Assembly (NCBI GenBank): GCA_963751345.1
Contig: CAVVUS010000010.1
Span: 64,001-128,000 of the forward strand
Direction: 5' to 3'
DNA length: 64,000 bases
From: an uncultured Chloroflexia bacterium
Lineage (GTDB): Bacteria > Chloroflexota > Anaerolineae > B4-G1 > SLSP01
Each line of letters starts with the position of its first letter. Within the stretch, counting starts at the first letter, position 1. A program made the translations under genes and the position numbers. Positions 21,327 through 32,375 of the stretch are shown piece after piece. The notes beneath the pieces were generated by a model, which worked only from the letters and a program-made list of their open reading frames with translations, did not search any database and was not told the origin of the DNA.

Positions 21327-24053
21327 ATGATACCCGAGTCCCTTCGCCTCCGTAATTTCCTCTCACACCGCGAGACCGACCTCGATCTGCGCGGCGTGCA
21401 TCTGGCCAGCCTCGTCGGCCAAAACGGAGCGGGGAAATCCGCGCTGCTGGATGCCATCACCTGGGCGGTCTGGGGACGGTCGCGCGCGCCCTACGGGCAC
21501 GACGATGACCTGGTCTACCACGGAGAGTCGAGCCTGGAGGTTGAGTACGTCTTCCGTATGCCCTATCAGACCGGGGCCGAGCATCGCTGCCGCATTCTGA
21601 GGCGCCGTGAGGAACGTGGCCGCCGTGCGGTCAGTTCGCTTCTCGACTTCGAAGTCGAGACCGATGCCGGATGGCGCGTGCTGACGTCCGATAGTATCCG
21701 GGAGACCCAGCAATCCATTATCGATCACTTGGGCCTCGACTACGATACCTTCATCAATTCGGCCTATCTGCGGCAGGGGCACGCGGATGAGTTCACGGTT
21801 CAATCTCCAACCCAGCGGAAATCCGTATTGAGCACGGTGCTGGGGCTTGATCAATGGTCCGAGTATCAGGATCGGGCCAAGGTCAAGCTCTCTGCCGTGC
21901 AGGGGCAGATGCGCGAGCTCGATCGTCGCTTGACCGAGACCGAGGCGGAGTTGGCCCGCCGCGCTGAGTTTGAGGCTGCGCTGGCCCACGCCGAGGTCGA
22001 GGCTGCGGCTGCGGAGGCCGATCTGGCCGATGCCCAGCAGGCGATGGATGAGATGACGCGCGTCAGGGAGCAGGCTGTGGGTCTCCAGCGTCAGGTCGAG
22101 GATCTGACCCGCCGGCGCCGGGAGTTGGAGTCGGATCTCGCCAAGTTGCGCGACGAGATGGAGGCCAGACAGGATCGCCTGGCTCGCGATCAGGCGCTCG
22201 TCGCCCAGGCCGATGCGATCCAGGCCCGCTACACGGCCTATCAGGACGCGGTCGTCGAGGATCGAGGCTTCGGTCTCAAGCTGGCTGAAGCTGCGCGGCT
22301 GCAGGAGGACCGCGCTCGCCTTGAGACGGAGATTGCTGCGGCGCGTGAGGAGCTCAATGAGGCGCTGCGAGCCCTGGAGCGCGAGGAATCGCGCCTGGAT
22401 CGCGCCATAGCTGACGAGAAGGCTGCGGTCGAGCGTTCGCTCGGGGAGTTTCGGACGCAGGATGCACTTCTGGCAGAGCGGTTTGCGGACGAGAGCGTGC
22501 TCGCCGAATTCCGGACGGCGGAAGCTGCGGTCTCCGAACTGGTGTCAGTCGCGGAGGAGCTGGAGCATCAACGGGCCACCTTGCAGGAGAACGAGGTCGA
22601 GCAGAGCCGGTTGACCGAGCGAAACCGCCAACTGCGCGATCTGATGAACGAGACCAAGACCCGGCTGGACGCCCTGGCCGAAGCTGAGGCCGACTGTCCT
22701 CTCTGTGGACAGCCTCTCACGCCCGAGCACCATCAGCGACTGCTCTCCGACATCGAGGCGCAGGGCACCGAGATGGGAGATGAGTTCCGGGCCAACCGAC
22801 AGCGGCTTGCCGAACTCGATGAGGTGCAGGCTGCCCTGGGAGTGAGGCTCAAGGCGCTGGAGGCTCAGCTTCGCGCGAGGGCCGCGCGCGAGCAGGCGTT
22901 GGCACGTCTGCAGCAGCAGTTGGAACAGGGGGAGACGGCGCGTCATCGATCCGAAAAACTGCGGGACCGGATGGCAGCTCTCGAGCAGCGGATTGCCGAG
23001 CAGGATTTTGCCGGTCCCGAGCGTTTGGCCCTGGCCCACGTTATTGAGCAAAAGGCCCAGCTTCAGGCGAAACTGGCCTCGATTGACTTTGCTGCGCAGA
23101 CGCGCTCAGAGCTTGCCCGAGTACTGGCACAGCTTGCGGAGGTGGGCTACGATGCCGATGCTCATGCAGAGGTGCAGCGCCGCATCTCGGATCTCGAGGG
23201 GGCGGAAGCCGACTTCCGGGAGCTGGAGAAGGCGCGTATGGGTGTGGAGAGTGAGACCGGTGCGTTGGCGCACCTCGAGGTCCAGACCGGTATGCAGCAG
23301 GATCGTCTCGCAGGGATGGTGCAGGAGAGTGCGGACGCTGAGGCTGTGTTGGTTGGGCTCCGGAGTCACCTATCAGGGGCACCCGCGGTGGCCGAACATC
23401 TCAATGAGGTCCGGCAGGCGGCGACGGCGGCCCGTCAGCGCGTAGGAGCTGCCAGGCAGAACCTGGCGGCTCTGACCACCCTCGGGCAGCGGGTCGTGGG
23501 TATGCGGGAGCAGCGGGCCGAGTTGGGCGCGCGTATCGGAATCTATACCGAGTTGCGCGACGCTTTCGGCGTCAACGGCATCCCGGCCATGATCATAGAG
23601 CATACGTTGCCCGAGCTGGAGCGTGATGCGAACCGCATGCTGCAGCAACTCACCAGCGGGCGAATGCACGTACGCTTTGAGACGCAGCGCGAGACCAAGG
23701 CCGGCGACCTGCGGGAGACCCTCGATATCATCATCAGCGATGAGAAGGGAACCCGGCCCTACGAGGGGTTCTCAGGCGGGGAGCAGTTCCGCATCAACTT
23801 TGCGATCCGCGTGGCGCTCTCGCGGATGCTGGCCCAACGTGCCGGAGTACGACTGCGCTCGCTCTTCGTCGACGAGGGGTTTGGCGCCCTGGATGCCGAG
23901 GGACGTGAGCGCCTGGTGGAGGCCGTCAAAGCTGTTCAGGATGAGTTCGACATGATCCTCATCATCACGCACATCGACGAGCTGCGCGAGGCCTTCCCGA
24001 CCCAGATCCAGGTGACCAAGACCGACAGCGGGTCACAGGTGGAGATCCTGTAG
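21327..24053 (+). CDS. sbcC: SbcC/Rad50-like SMC ATPase
   Basis: GQNGAGKS, long coiled coil, CPLC zinc hook, FSGGE, FVDEGFGALD, IITH. Confidence 0.9.
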   Translation: MIPESLRLRNFLSHRETDLDLRGVHLASLVGQNGAGKSALLDAITWAVWGRSRAPYGHDDDLVYHGESSLEVEYVFRMPYQTGAEHRCRILRRREERGRRAVSSLLDFEVETDAGWRVLTSDSIRETQQSIIDHLGLDYDTFINSAYLRQGHADEFTVQSPTQRKSVLSTVLGLDQWSEYQDRAKVKLSAVQGQMRELDRRLTETEAELARRAEFEAALAHAEVEAAAAEADLADAQQAMDEMTRVREQAVGLQRQVEDLTRRRRELESDLAKLRDEMEARQDRLARDQALVAQADAIQARYTAYQDAVVEDRGFGLKLAEAARLQEDRARLETEIAAAREELNEALRALEREESRLDRAIADEKAAVERSLGEFRTQDALLAERFADESVLAEFRTAEAAVSELVSVAEELEHQRATLQENEVEQSRLTERNRQLRDLMNETKTRLDALAEAEADCPLCGQPLTPEHHQRLLSDIEAQGTEMGDEFRANRQRLAELDEVQAALGVRLKALEAQLRARAAREQALARLQQQLEQGETARHRSEKLRDRMAALEQRIAEQDFAGPERLALAHVIEQKAQLQAKLASIDFAAQTRSELARVLAQLAEVGYDADAHAEVQRRISDLEGAEADFRELEKARMGVESETGALAHLEVQTGMQQDRLAGMVQESADAEAVLVGLRSHLSGAPAVAEHLNEVRQAATAARQRVGAARQNLAALTTLGQRVVGMREQRAELGARIGIYTELRDAFGVNGIPAMIIEHTLPELERDANRMLQQLTSGRMHVRFETQRETKAGDLRETLDIIISDEKGTRPYEGFSGGEQFRINFAIRVALSRMLAQRAGVRLRSLFVDEGFGALDAEGRERLVEAVKAVQDEFDMILIITHIDELREAFPTQIQVTKTDSGSQVEIL

Positions 24054-24146
24054 CCTGCTTGCTCGAGCCCGCAGCTTCGTAAATAACCTCTCTCACCCAT
24101 GGCCCCGTCGGATCTACGTTTGGACCGTCCGGCACCAACACGTGGT

Positions 24147-25380
24147 CTATTTGGTGAACAGCGCCACATTCTCGATGTGATACGTCTGTGGGAAGAGGTC
24201 CACGGGCTGAACCCAATCCAGGTGATACCCGTGTCGCGTCAATCTGAGGCTGTCCCGCGCGAGCGTCGCCGGGTCGCACGAGACGTAGACCAGACGTTTC
24301 GGGCCGTGGCCGGCGATGGCATCGATGACCTCGGGCGCCAGGCCGGTTCGCGGGGGATCCACGACGATGGCATCCAGTGGATCCTGGATGTCGCCGATCA
24401 TGTCCTCTACAGATCCCTCCAGGAGATCCACGTTGTCGGCGCCCGCCATATTGTGATTGGCGTCGACGATGGCGGGCGGATTGGCCTCGATCCCGATCAC
24501 GTGGCAGGCTTCCTCGGCGATGAAACGCGGTGAAGAGCCCCACGCCGCAGTAGGCGTCCAACACGTATTCTGAGCCGGTGAGGTCCAACGCGCCCATCAC
24601 GATGTTCACGAGTTCCGCTGCCTGGGCAGAGTTGACCTGGAAGAAGCTTGTAGCGGAGATGCGGAATTCCCGGTCGTGGATGCGCTCCATAATGTAATCC
24701 AACCCGATGAGTGGAGCAACGGCGTCATCGTGGCGGATCTGCACGATAGACAGCGGGAAATCGACCTCCAGCAGAGGCGATTCCTCCTCCTTGGCCTGCA
24801 GGAGCAGCATCAAGTCACCGGTCGCGGTGCCCGCGCGGAGCTCGAGCCATTCCAGCTCCGGATAGGTCATATCGAGAGTCTTGAACAGCGTGCTGAGCAG
24901 CGGATGGATGATCAGGCAATCGTCGATGGGATAGACGTCGTGACTTCGCGCACCGAGAAACCCGAGCCTGCCCGCCGGATCGACGCGGAACAGGGCGTGG
25001 TTGCGATACTCCCAGCCGGTCTCATCCGGGATCGGCTCAAACACCGGTGGCTCTTTGATTTTTCCGATGCGTTCGAGCTGATCCAGCGTTACCAACCCTT
25101 TCATCCTGGGCTGTACGGCGGTGTCGATGTGCTGCCACTGGCAGCCCCCGCACTTGTCCTGTCCGAAGAAGGGACACGGGGGCGTCACCCTGACGGCTGA
25201 AGGGGTCAGAACGTCGAGGAGGGTTGCGCGAGCATAGCGCCCGTGATCCTCTACGATCTCCACTCGGACGCGCTCGCCGGGTATCGCATATGGGACGAAG
25301 ATCGCACGCCCCTCGTGGCGGCCAATCGCCTCGCCACCATGAGCCATCGCGTTCAATTCCAGGGTAATCGTCTCTGTCAT
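24147..25380 (-). CDS. rlmD: 23S rRNA m5U methyltransferase, RlmD/TrmA family (one frameshift)
   Basis: TRAM domain, CPFF..CGGCQWQH, SFFQVN, DAYCGVG; DPPRTG, YVSCDPATLARD, DLFPQTYHIE in second frame. Confidence 0.88.
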
Positions 25381-25484
25381 ATCAGCCTTCCCGACACTGC
25401 GTCGCCTATACCTGCACACTCTCTTCCCTACCATTATAACGTATACTTCTGTGTCTCTCCTCGTAACCCCGTTTGCGCTGTGGG

Positions 25485-25512
25485 TTGCTAAGAACACCTT
25501 CCGTGGTATACT
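25485..25512 (+). promoter_or_regulatory. Promoter of rpsO
   Basis: TTGCTA-N16-TATACT with extended TG. Confidence 0.55.
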
Positions 25513-25582
25513 GCCTTTCACGTTGACCACTGGCCGATGCGTATGAAACGGTTGGTCGGTTCCCTAAAAGGAGTGGGAAGTC

Positions 25583-25849
25583 GTGCTATCTAAGGAAGAA
25601 AAAGAACACATCATCAAGGAATATGCACAGGCGCCGGATGACACGGGGTCGTCAGAGGTTCAGATTGCGCTGCTAACGCGCCGGATCTCTGATCTGACCG
25701 AGCATCTCAAGGCGCACAAGAACGACACGCACTCACGGCGAGGCTTGCTTAAGCTCGTTGGACAGCGGCGTCGGCACCTTAGTTACTTGCAGAAGAAGAG
25801 TCCGCAGCGCTATCGAGATCTCATCCGGCGCCTCGGACTGCGCAGGTAA
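25583..25849 (+). CDS. rpsO: 30S ribosomal protein S15
   Basis: [33 protein letters not shown]. Confidence 0.97.
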   Translation: MLSKEEKEHIIKEYAQAPDDTGSSEVQIALLTRRISDLTEHLKAHKNDTHSRRGLLKLVGQRRRHLSYLQKKSPQRYRDLIRRLGLRR

Positions 25850-25881
25850 ACCTGTATTAACGTTGTATCACGGAGTTCAAT

Positions 25882-25929
25882 GGCAGGCGAGTAGGTTTGG
25901 GGCTTGATCCCCTCTACTCGCCTGTCTTT
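25882..25929 (+). terminator. Terminator after rpsO
   Basis: GGCAGGCGAGTAG...CTACTCGCCTGTC-TTT hairpin. Confidence 0.65.
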
Positions 25930-26139
25930 GTGCTTACGCCCCGACACCGTCGGGGTACGTCTCGACGTCGTCGGGACGTGATGTCGGACGGAATTGGAAG
26001 AGGATAGGTAACGATCCGACCGCCCGTATGCTAGAGGGTGGGAATTGGGAAGTGGGGTGCACCGCGCTATGGGGGCGTTGTGTACAGCAGTTCCCAGTTT
26101 CTAGCCTTCTATCACCGGGAGCGTCGGCTATAGGAGGTT

Positions 26140-28362
26140 ATGATGTTAGAGGAACATGTTTTTGAGTTCGAGTTGGGTGGTCAGACGATCACCATTAAGA
26201 CGGGCAAGATTGCCCGTCTCGCCGGCGGCGCGGTCATCGTCCAGTCCGGCGATACCGTCCTCCTGGCGACGGCCACGATGGCGCACAGCCCCCGTGAGGG
26301 GATCGATTTCTTTCCCCTGACGGTTGACTTCGAGGAACGACTCTATGCCGCGGGACGGATTCCCGGTTCGTTCTTTAGGCGCGAGGGACGACCATCCGAG
26401 AAGGCGATCCTGACCAGCCGCCTGATCGATCGCGCGATGCGACCGCTTTTCCCCAAGGATATGCGCAATGACGTGCAGGTCATCGTCCAGCCGCTGTCCC
26501 AGGGCGAATTGGAGTATGCGGACACACTGGGCGTGATCGCAGCTTCTGCAGCGCTGACGATCTCCAACGCGCCCTTCGATGGGCCGGTCGCTGCGGTGCG
26601 CATCGGCTATATCGACGGTGAGTTCGTCGTCAACCCAAACATCACGCAGATGCAGACGAGCGATCTGGACTTGGTCGTGGCAGCTCGCACGGATGCGATC
26701 CTTATGGTGGAGGCTGGCGCCAACGTTATCACCGAGGAACTGATGCTCGATGCGATGGAGCTGGCTCACAGCGCCATCCAGGATGCCATTCGTGTTCAGA
26801 ACGACATGCAACGCAGCGTCGGCAAGCCCAAGACGCTCGATTACCCGATCTTCGAGACACCGGAGACCCTCTCCCGCCGCGTCCGCGATCTGATGCTGGA
26901 CCGTGTGCGTATGTTGGTGGATACGACTCTGCTCAAGGGGGAGCGCATCGAGGCTTTGGATGACCTGCAGAGCGAGCTCAAGACGGCTTTGGCAGAAGAA
27001 GCTGAGGCCAATGGCTGGTCCTCGCGACTCATCGGTGGTGCTTTCGACGATGTCCTCAAGGAGGTCGTGCGCGAGCGCATTCTGGATAAGGGCATTCGGC
27101 CCGATGGTCGGGATCAGAGCACGTTGCGTGCTTTGGACGCCGAGGTGCATCTCGTGCCCCGCCCTCATGGCTCAGGCCTTTTCACCCGCGGTGAGACCCA
27201 GGTGATGAGCCTTGCGACGCTGGGCATGCCTGGCGAGCGTCAAGAGTTGGATGACCTCTTCCCTGAGGAGACCAAGCGATACATTCACCACTATAACTTC
27301 CCGCCCTTCTCGACAGGCGAGACCTGGCCGTTGCGTGGCCCGCGGCGCCGCGAGATTGGTCATGGCGCGCTGGCCGAGCGTGCGATCGAACCTGTGTTGC
27401 CCTCCAAAGAGGCCTTCCCTTACACCGTCCGGGTGGTAAGCGAAGTGATGGCCTCCAACGGCAGCACATCGATGGCCTCGACCTGTGCCAGCACTTTGGC
27501 CCTGATGGACGCCGGCGTACCCATCGCGGCTCCCGTCGGGGGCATTGCGATGGGCTTGGTCTCCGATGGCCAACGCTATCGTGTTTTGACCGACATCCAG
27601 GGCCTCGAGGATCATCTTGGGGATATGGACTTCAAGGTCACCGGAACACGCGAAGGCATCACCGCGCTCCAGATGGACATCAAGATCAAAGGCGTGAGCC
27701 GCAAGATCCTCAGTGAAGCGCTTGAGCAGGCCCGCGTGGCCCGCGAGCAGATCATCGACGTCATCGAATCTGCTATTGCGGCACCCCGGTCCTCGCTTTC
27801 CTCCTACGCTCCCAAGATGCTGACCACGCAGATCGATCCCGAGAAGATCGGTACTCTGATTGGCCCGGGTGGCAAGATGATCCGGTCACTTCAGGCGGAA
27901 TATGAGGTCAAGATCGACGTCGAAGAGGACGGCACCGTCTTTATCGCTGCACCGGCCGGTGACGGCGCTCAGCGGGCACTGGCTTACGTCGAGTCGATGA
28001 TGCAGACACCCAAGCTGGGCAACGTCTACACCGGCAAGGTTGTTCGGGTGGCTGACTTCGGTGCCTTTGTCGAGATTCTGCCCGGCACGGATGGCCTGGT
28101 TCACATTTCCCAGCTTTCCGATACGCGCATCGAGAAGGTAACCGATGTCGTGAATGTGGGCGATGAGATTCTCGTGATGGTGACAGCCGTTACGGATGGT
28201 AAGGTCCGTCTTTCTCGCCAGGCCGTGCTGGAAGGGTGGTCTCTGGAGGAAGCTCAAGCTCAGGATTCGCCGCCCTCTGGTGGCGGTCGCCGTGGTGGTG
28301 GTGGTGGTGGTGGCGTTCGCGCCGCCGAAACTGAGCCTGTTCGCCCTATCATCATTGTCTGA
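26140..28362 (+). CDS. pnp: Polyribonucleotide nucleotidyltransferase (PNPase)
   Basis: FFPLTVD, RREIGHGALAE, SNGSTSMAS, GDMDFKV, KH and S1 domains; true stop may be TGA near 28334 if an indel lies in the GGT run. Confidence 0.96.
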   Translation: MMLEEHVFEFELGGQTITIKTGKIARLAGGAVIVQSGDTVLLATATMAHSPREGIDFFPLTVDFEERLYAAGRIPGSFFRREGRPSEKAILTSRLIDRAMRPLFPKDMRNDVQVIVQPLSQGELEYADTLGVIAASAALTISNAPFDGPVAAVRIGYIDGEFVVNPNITQMQTSDLDLVVAARTDAILMVEAGANVITEELMLDAMELAHSAIQDAIRVQNDMQRSVGKPKTLDYPIFETPETLSRRVRDLMLDRVRMLVDTTLLKGERIEALDDLQSELKTALAEEAEANGWSSRLIGGAFDDVLKEVVRERILDKGIRPDGRDQSTLRALDAEVHLVPRPHGSGLFTRGETQVMSLATLGMPGERQELDDLFPEETKRYIHHYNFPPFSTGETWPLRGPRRREIGHGALAERAIEPVLPSKEAFPYTVRVVSEVMASNGSTSMASTCASTLALMDAGVPIAAPVGGIAMGLVSDGQRYRVLTDIQGLEDHLGDMDFKVTGTREGITALQMDIKIKGVSRKILSEALEQARVAREQIIDVIESAIAAPRSSLSSYAPKMLTTQIDPEKIGTLIGPGGKMIRSLQAEYEVKIDVEEDGTVFIAAPAGDGAQRALAYVESMMQTPKLGNVYTGKVVRVADFGAFVEILPGTDGLVHISQLSDTRIEKVTDVVNVGDEILVMVTAVTDGKVRLSRQAVLEGWSLEEAQAQDSPPSGGGRRGGGGGGGVRAAETEPVRPIIIV

Positions 28363-28382
28363 CTCGATCACAAGGAGGATTT

Positions 28383-28562
28383 GTGGACAAGAAGCCCGAT
28401 GTCAAAACGCTGGGAGAATCTGAAAACTACACGATCTGGTCGTCTCATGAAGCTGAGACAGACGAAATGATCTATCACATTGAGTTCGAGACGGTCACCA
28501 TCCACCTCTTTGAGGATGAGTGGGAGGAATTCGTCAGTGTGATACTCCAATGCGTCCGTTGA
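28383..28562 (+). CDS. Small acidic hypothetical protein (59 aa; not in supplied ORF track)
   Basis: AAGGAGG RBS then GTG; MDKKPDVKTLGESENYTIWSSHEAETDEMIYHIEFETVTIHLFEDEWEEFVSVILQCVR. Confidence 0.75.
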   Translation: MDKKPDVKTLGESENYTIWSSHEAETDEMIYHIEFETVTIHLFEDEWEEFVSVILQCVR

Positions 28563-28644
28563 TCTAGCTTCGGTTCTGACCTCCGGTGGCGGCTTAGCCG
28601 CCCGTCCGGACTCCGAACGGATGCATCCAGACGCACGTGAATGT

Positions 28645-28673
28645 GGGCACGGGATTTGCTCCCGTGCCCTTTA
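28645..28673 (+). terminator. Intrinsic terminator
   Basis: GGGCACGGGA-tttgc-TCCCGTGCCC-TTT. Confidence 0.7.
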
Positions 28674-28868
28674 CGTTTCCGTTACCTACTTCGGCACCTG
28701 TTTTATGCTATAATGAGTTCAGTTGCGGAAGTGTGTTTGACGAAAATTGATCCTCGGTGGGGCGGAAGACGCACGTTTTGCCGCCTTGCCGGAACGTATA
28801 ACGGTATATATTGATGAGGTTGCCCGCAAGTGGGGTTTGACGATGTGGGGTAGACAGAGGGTACATAT

Positions 28869-31359
28869 ATGGCCGACCCGCTAGAGAGGTTCACACCATC
28901 AGCGCAGGAGGTGCTGCGCTTCGCCCAGATTGAGGCGAAACGGATGCATCATGCAACCATCGGCCCTGAGCATATCCTGCTGGGGCTGATGTTGGAAGGC
29001 GAGGGGATTGCCGGTCGGGTGTTGCGCGATATGGGGCTGCGTCCTCAGCAAGCACTGCAGACGGTGGCTCGGCTGTCGAGTGCCAAGCCTCTGATTGATC
29101 CGGAGCCGGAGCTCCGTCATTCCACAGAGATGCTCCTGCAGATGTCGCTGGAAGAGGCGAAGCGCCACAACAGTTCGGTAGTCGATACCCAGCACTTGCT
29201 CCTGGCATTGCTGCGCCAGCATGAGGGTGTGATCATTGCGGTGTTGACCCAGGCGGGGCTCTCTGCGGAGACGATTCGCCGGCGGATCGAGAGATTCATG
29301 CCGATGCGTCCCAAGACCTCGGCTGCGCCACAGCGCAGGACCGGAGGTGCGGCGCGATCGGAGCCACGGTCGGGAGGATCGTCCGACGCGCTGCTGGAAC
29401 AGGTGGCGGTTGATCTGACGGAAATGGCGACCGAGAATCGTCTGGATCCCGTGATCGGGCGCCAGGAAGAGATCGAGCGCGTGATTCAGATCCTTGCCCG
29501 CCGCACGAAGAACAATCCTGCCCTGATCGGTGAGCCCGGTGTGGGCAAGACTGCCATTGTAGAGGGATTGGCGCAGCGCATCGTCTCCGGTGGTGTGCCG
29601 GGTCCGATCCTTGGCAAGCGGTTGGTTCAACTGGATGTCGGCTCACTGGTTGCCGGTACAATGTACCGCGGTCAGTTTGAGGAGCGCCTCAAGAAGGTCT
29701 TGGCCGAGCTAAAGGATAGCAATACCATCGTATTCATCGACGAGGTGCACATGCTCGTCGGCGCCGGATCGGCGGGTTCGTCCATTGATGCCGCCAACAT
29801 CCTCAAACCTGCGTTGGCACGTGGTGAGCTCCAGTGTATCGGTGCTACCACGTTGGACGAGTACCGAAAGCATATTGAGTCGGATGCCGCGCTGGAGCGA
29901 CGTTTCCAGCCGGTAATGGTCAACGAGCCCACCGCCGAGCAGACCATCGCGATTCTGCGCGGGATCAAGCACGCTTACGAGCAGCACCATCGCTTGTTGA
30001 TCAGCGATGAGGCGTTGCAGGCCGCGACCCAACTCTCCTCGCGCTATGTTCCTGAGCGTTTCCTGCCCGACAAAGCCATCGATGTTATGGATGAGGCGGC
30101 GTCGCGGGTGAAGATGTACAAGTCCCCGCTTTCTATCCAGTTACGTGAGGTCTTCGAGCAGATTCAGGACCTCCGCCTCAAGCAGGCCCAGTTCAGGGTA
30201 GCCGGCAAGCGCAAGGAGCTGGCCGAGCTCAAGACGGAAGAGGGCACGCTTGAAGAGCCGGATGGAGATGTTGCGTCAGATGCGGTCTGAGGAGGATGAG
30301 GGTCTCACCGTTGGCCCCGACGACGTCGCCGAGATCATCGCGATGTGGACGGGCATCCCCATGACCCAGATCGCCGAGGAGGAGTCTCGCCGTCTCCTTG
30401 ATATGGAGAATGACCTGCGCCAGCATATTGTAGGTCAGAACGAGGCGATCGAGTTGGTGGCCCAGGCTGTTCGCCGGGCTCGGGCCGGTCTTAAGGATCC
30501 CCGCCGTCCCATTGGCTCCTTTATCTTCCTGGGGCCGACCGGCGTGGGTAAGACCGAGTTGTCCAAGGCCTTGGCTCGCTTCATGTTTGGCTCCGAGGAC
30601 GCGCTGATCCAGATCGATATGTCCGAGTTTATGGAGCGACACGCGGTGGCCCGCCTGGTGGGCGCCCCTCCAGGATACGTCGGCTACGATGACGCCGGGC
30701 AGTTGACCGAGGCAATCCGGCGGCGTCCTTACTCCATCGTCGTCTTTGACGAGATCGAGAAAGCCCACCCGGACACCTTCAACATGCTGTTGCAGATGAT
30801 GGAGGAAGGTGTCCTCTCGGACGCACGGGGTCACAAGGTCGACTTCCGCAATACCCTCCTGATTATGACCTCCAACGTGGGGGCCGATGACATCCTGCGA
30901 CAGGGATCGTTGGGCTTTACTCTGGAGTCGGCGGAGACGGGCGAGAGCCAGACCTACAAGGAGATGCGTCAGAAGCTGATGGGCCGGTTGCGCAAGCTCT
31001 TCCGCCCCGAGTTCCTGAACCGGGTCGATGCGGTCGTCGTCTTCCGGGCGCTCAATCACGAGGATATCCGCGAGATCGTCGGCCTGGAGGTCGCGAAACT
31101 GCGCGATCGTCTCCTGGAGAATGGCTTCGACATCCGGCTCACCGACGCGGCCCAGGATTGGCTGGCGATACACGGCTATAGCACCGAATACGGAGCTCGC
31201 CCGCTCCGCCGTCTGATTCAGCAAGAGGTCGAGACGCCGGTCTCTGATGCGTTGTTAGCCGGCAAATACCGTATGGGCGATGTGATCATTGTCGACCAGG
31301 GCGAGGATGGCATCGAGCTCAAACCTGCCGAAGAGCCTGAGCTCGCCATCGAGCTGTAG
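28869..31359 (+). CDS. clpC: ATP-dependent Clp protease ATP-binding subunit (one frameshift near 30250-30290)
   Basis: Clp-N repeats, [17 protein letters not shown]; [24 protein letters not shown] in second ORF. Confidence 0.92.
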
Positions 31360-31384
31360 TTCTCCTGATCCTCCTACAGTGAAT

Positions 31385-31416
31385 AAGAGGCGGGACCTGA
31401 AAGGTCCCGCCTCTTT
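31385..31416. terminator. Terminator between convergent clpC and xerC
   Basis: AAGAGGCGGGACC-tgaa-AGGTCCCGCCTCTTT. Confidence 0.8.
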
Positions 31417-31451
31417 GTCGTCTTCTCGCCCCTCCGCTGATTCTGCATTCT

Positions 31452-32360
31452 CTATTCTTGCTTTTCCTCCGACCGCGGGTGCGCCTTCAGATAGATCTCC
31501 CGCGCCCGCCGCTGCGTCACACTGGCGTAGATCTGTGTCGTCGCGATGTTCTCGTGTCCCAGCAGTTCTTGTACCACTCGAAGATCCGCTCCACCGTTCA
31601 GCATATGGGTGGCGAACGTGTGCCGCAGCAAGTGAGGGGTCACCGTCTGATCGATGCCCGCGGCGACCCCGGCCTGGCGAACGATCGTATCTACAGAGCG
31701 CGCTGAGAGACGCCCACCGAACCGGTTCAAGAAGATGGCGTTGGTGGTCTGGTCACCGATGAAGGACGAACGAGCACGGTCTATATAGGCGCGCAGCGCT
31801 TCTGCCCCCGGCACGCCGATCAGCACGATACGCTCCTTATTGCCCTTTCCGATCACCCGCAGTTCCTTGGCGCTAAGGTCGAGGTCCCCCAGGTCCAGGG
31901 CGGAGAGCTCGCTGACTCGCATCCCCGAGCCATAGAGCACTTCGAGGATCGCACGATCGCGAAGCCCTTTCGGCTCGGAGACATCGGGCACCGCCAGAAG
32001 CCGGTTCATCTCAATGGGGGTGAGATATCGCGGTAACCGCTCCGGAAGCCGGGGAGCATAGATCCGGCGGAAGAGGTTTTCGTCCCACGCATGTTGACGG
32101 ACGAGGAAATCGCCAAACGCCCGGAGCTCGAAGACTCGGCGCGCGATACTGGCGCGCACGATGCCGTCTTCGTCCAGCCCTGCCATGTAGGCGCGCACCA
32201 CGTCTCTATCCAGGCCGTCAAGCGTCGTGATGCCCTGTGTCGCGCAAGCATCCAGAAACTGCGCGATATCGGTTCCGTAGTTCTTTACCGTGTAGGGGGA
32301 AGCGTTGCCCCGATCAAGCGACCTGAGATAGCGGTCCAGCCAATCGTGTAGGGCCGACAT
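31452..32360 (-). CDS. xerC: Tyrosine recombinase, XerC/XerD family
   Basis: RDRAILEVLYGSGMRVSE, GKGNKER, HLLRHTFATH, LLGH, TTQIY. Confidence 0.88.
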   Translation of the reverse strand: MSALHDWLDRYLRSLDRGNASPYTVKNYGTDIAQFLDACATQGITTLDGLDRDVVRAYMAGLDEDGIVRASIARRVFELRAFGDFLVRQHAWDENLFRRIYAPRLPERLPRYLTPIEMNRLLAVPDVSEPKGLRDRAILEVLYGSGMRVSELSALDLGDLDLSAKELRVIGKGNKERIVLIGVPGAEALRAYIDRARSSFIGDQTTNAIFLNRFGGRLSARSVDTIVRQAGVAAGIDQTVTPHLLRHTFATHMLNGGADLRVVQELLGHENIATTQIYASVTQRRAREIYLKAHPRSEEKQE

Positions 32361-32375
32361 ATGCGAGGGAGCCTG

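Noticed and set aside
28280-28315. GGT trinucleotide run as a contingency locus
   Set aside because: It encodes the usual Gly/Arg-rich disordered tail of PNPase
28565-28645. Possible riboswitch/ncRNA upstream of the clpC promoter region
   Set aside because: Only small GC hairpins; no recognisable riboswitch, CIRCE or CtsR consensus
30229-30300. Programmed ribosomal frameshifting in clpC and other split genes
   Set aside because: No consistent slippery motifs; too many unrelated genes are affected, so sequencing indels are more parsimonious
31452-32360. Tyrosine recombinase as a prophage/island integrase
   Set aside because: The sequence is typical chromosomal XerC/D (GADLRVVQELLGH) among housekeeping genes, with no att sites or cargo
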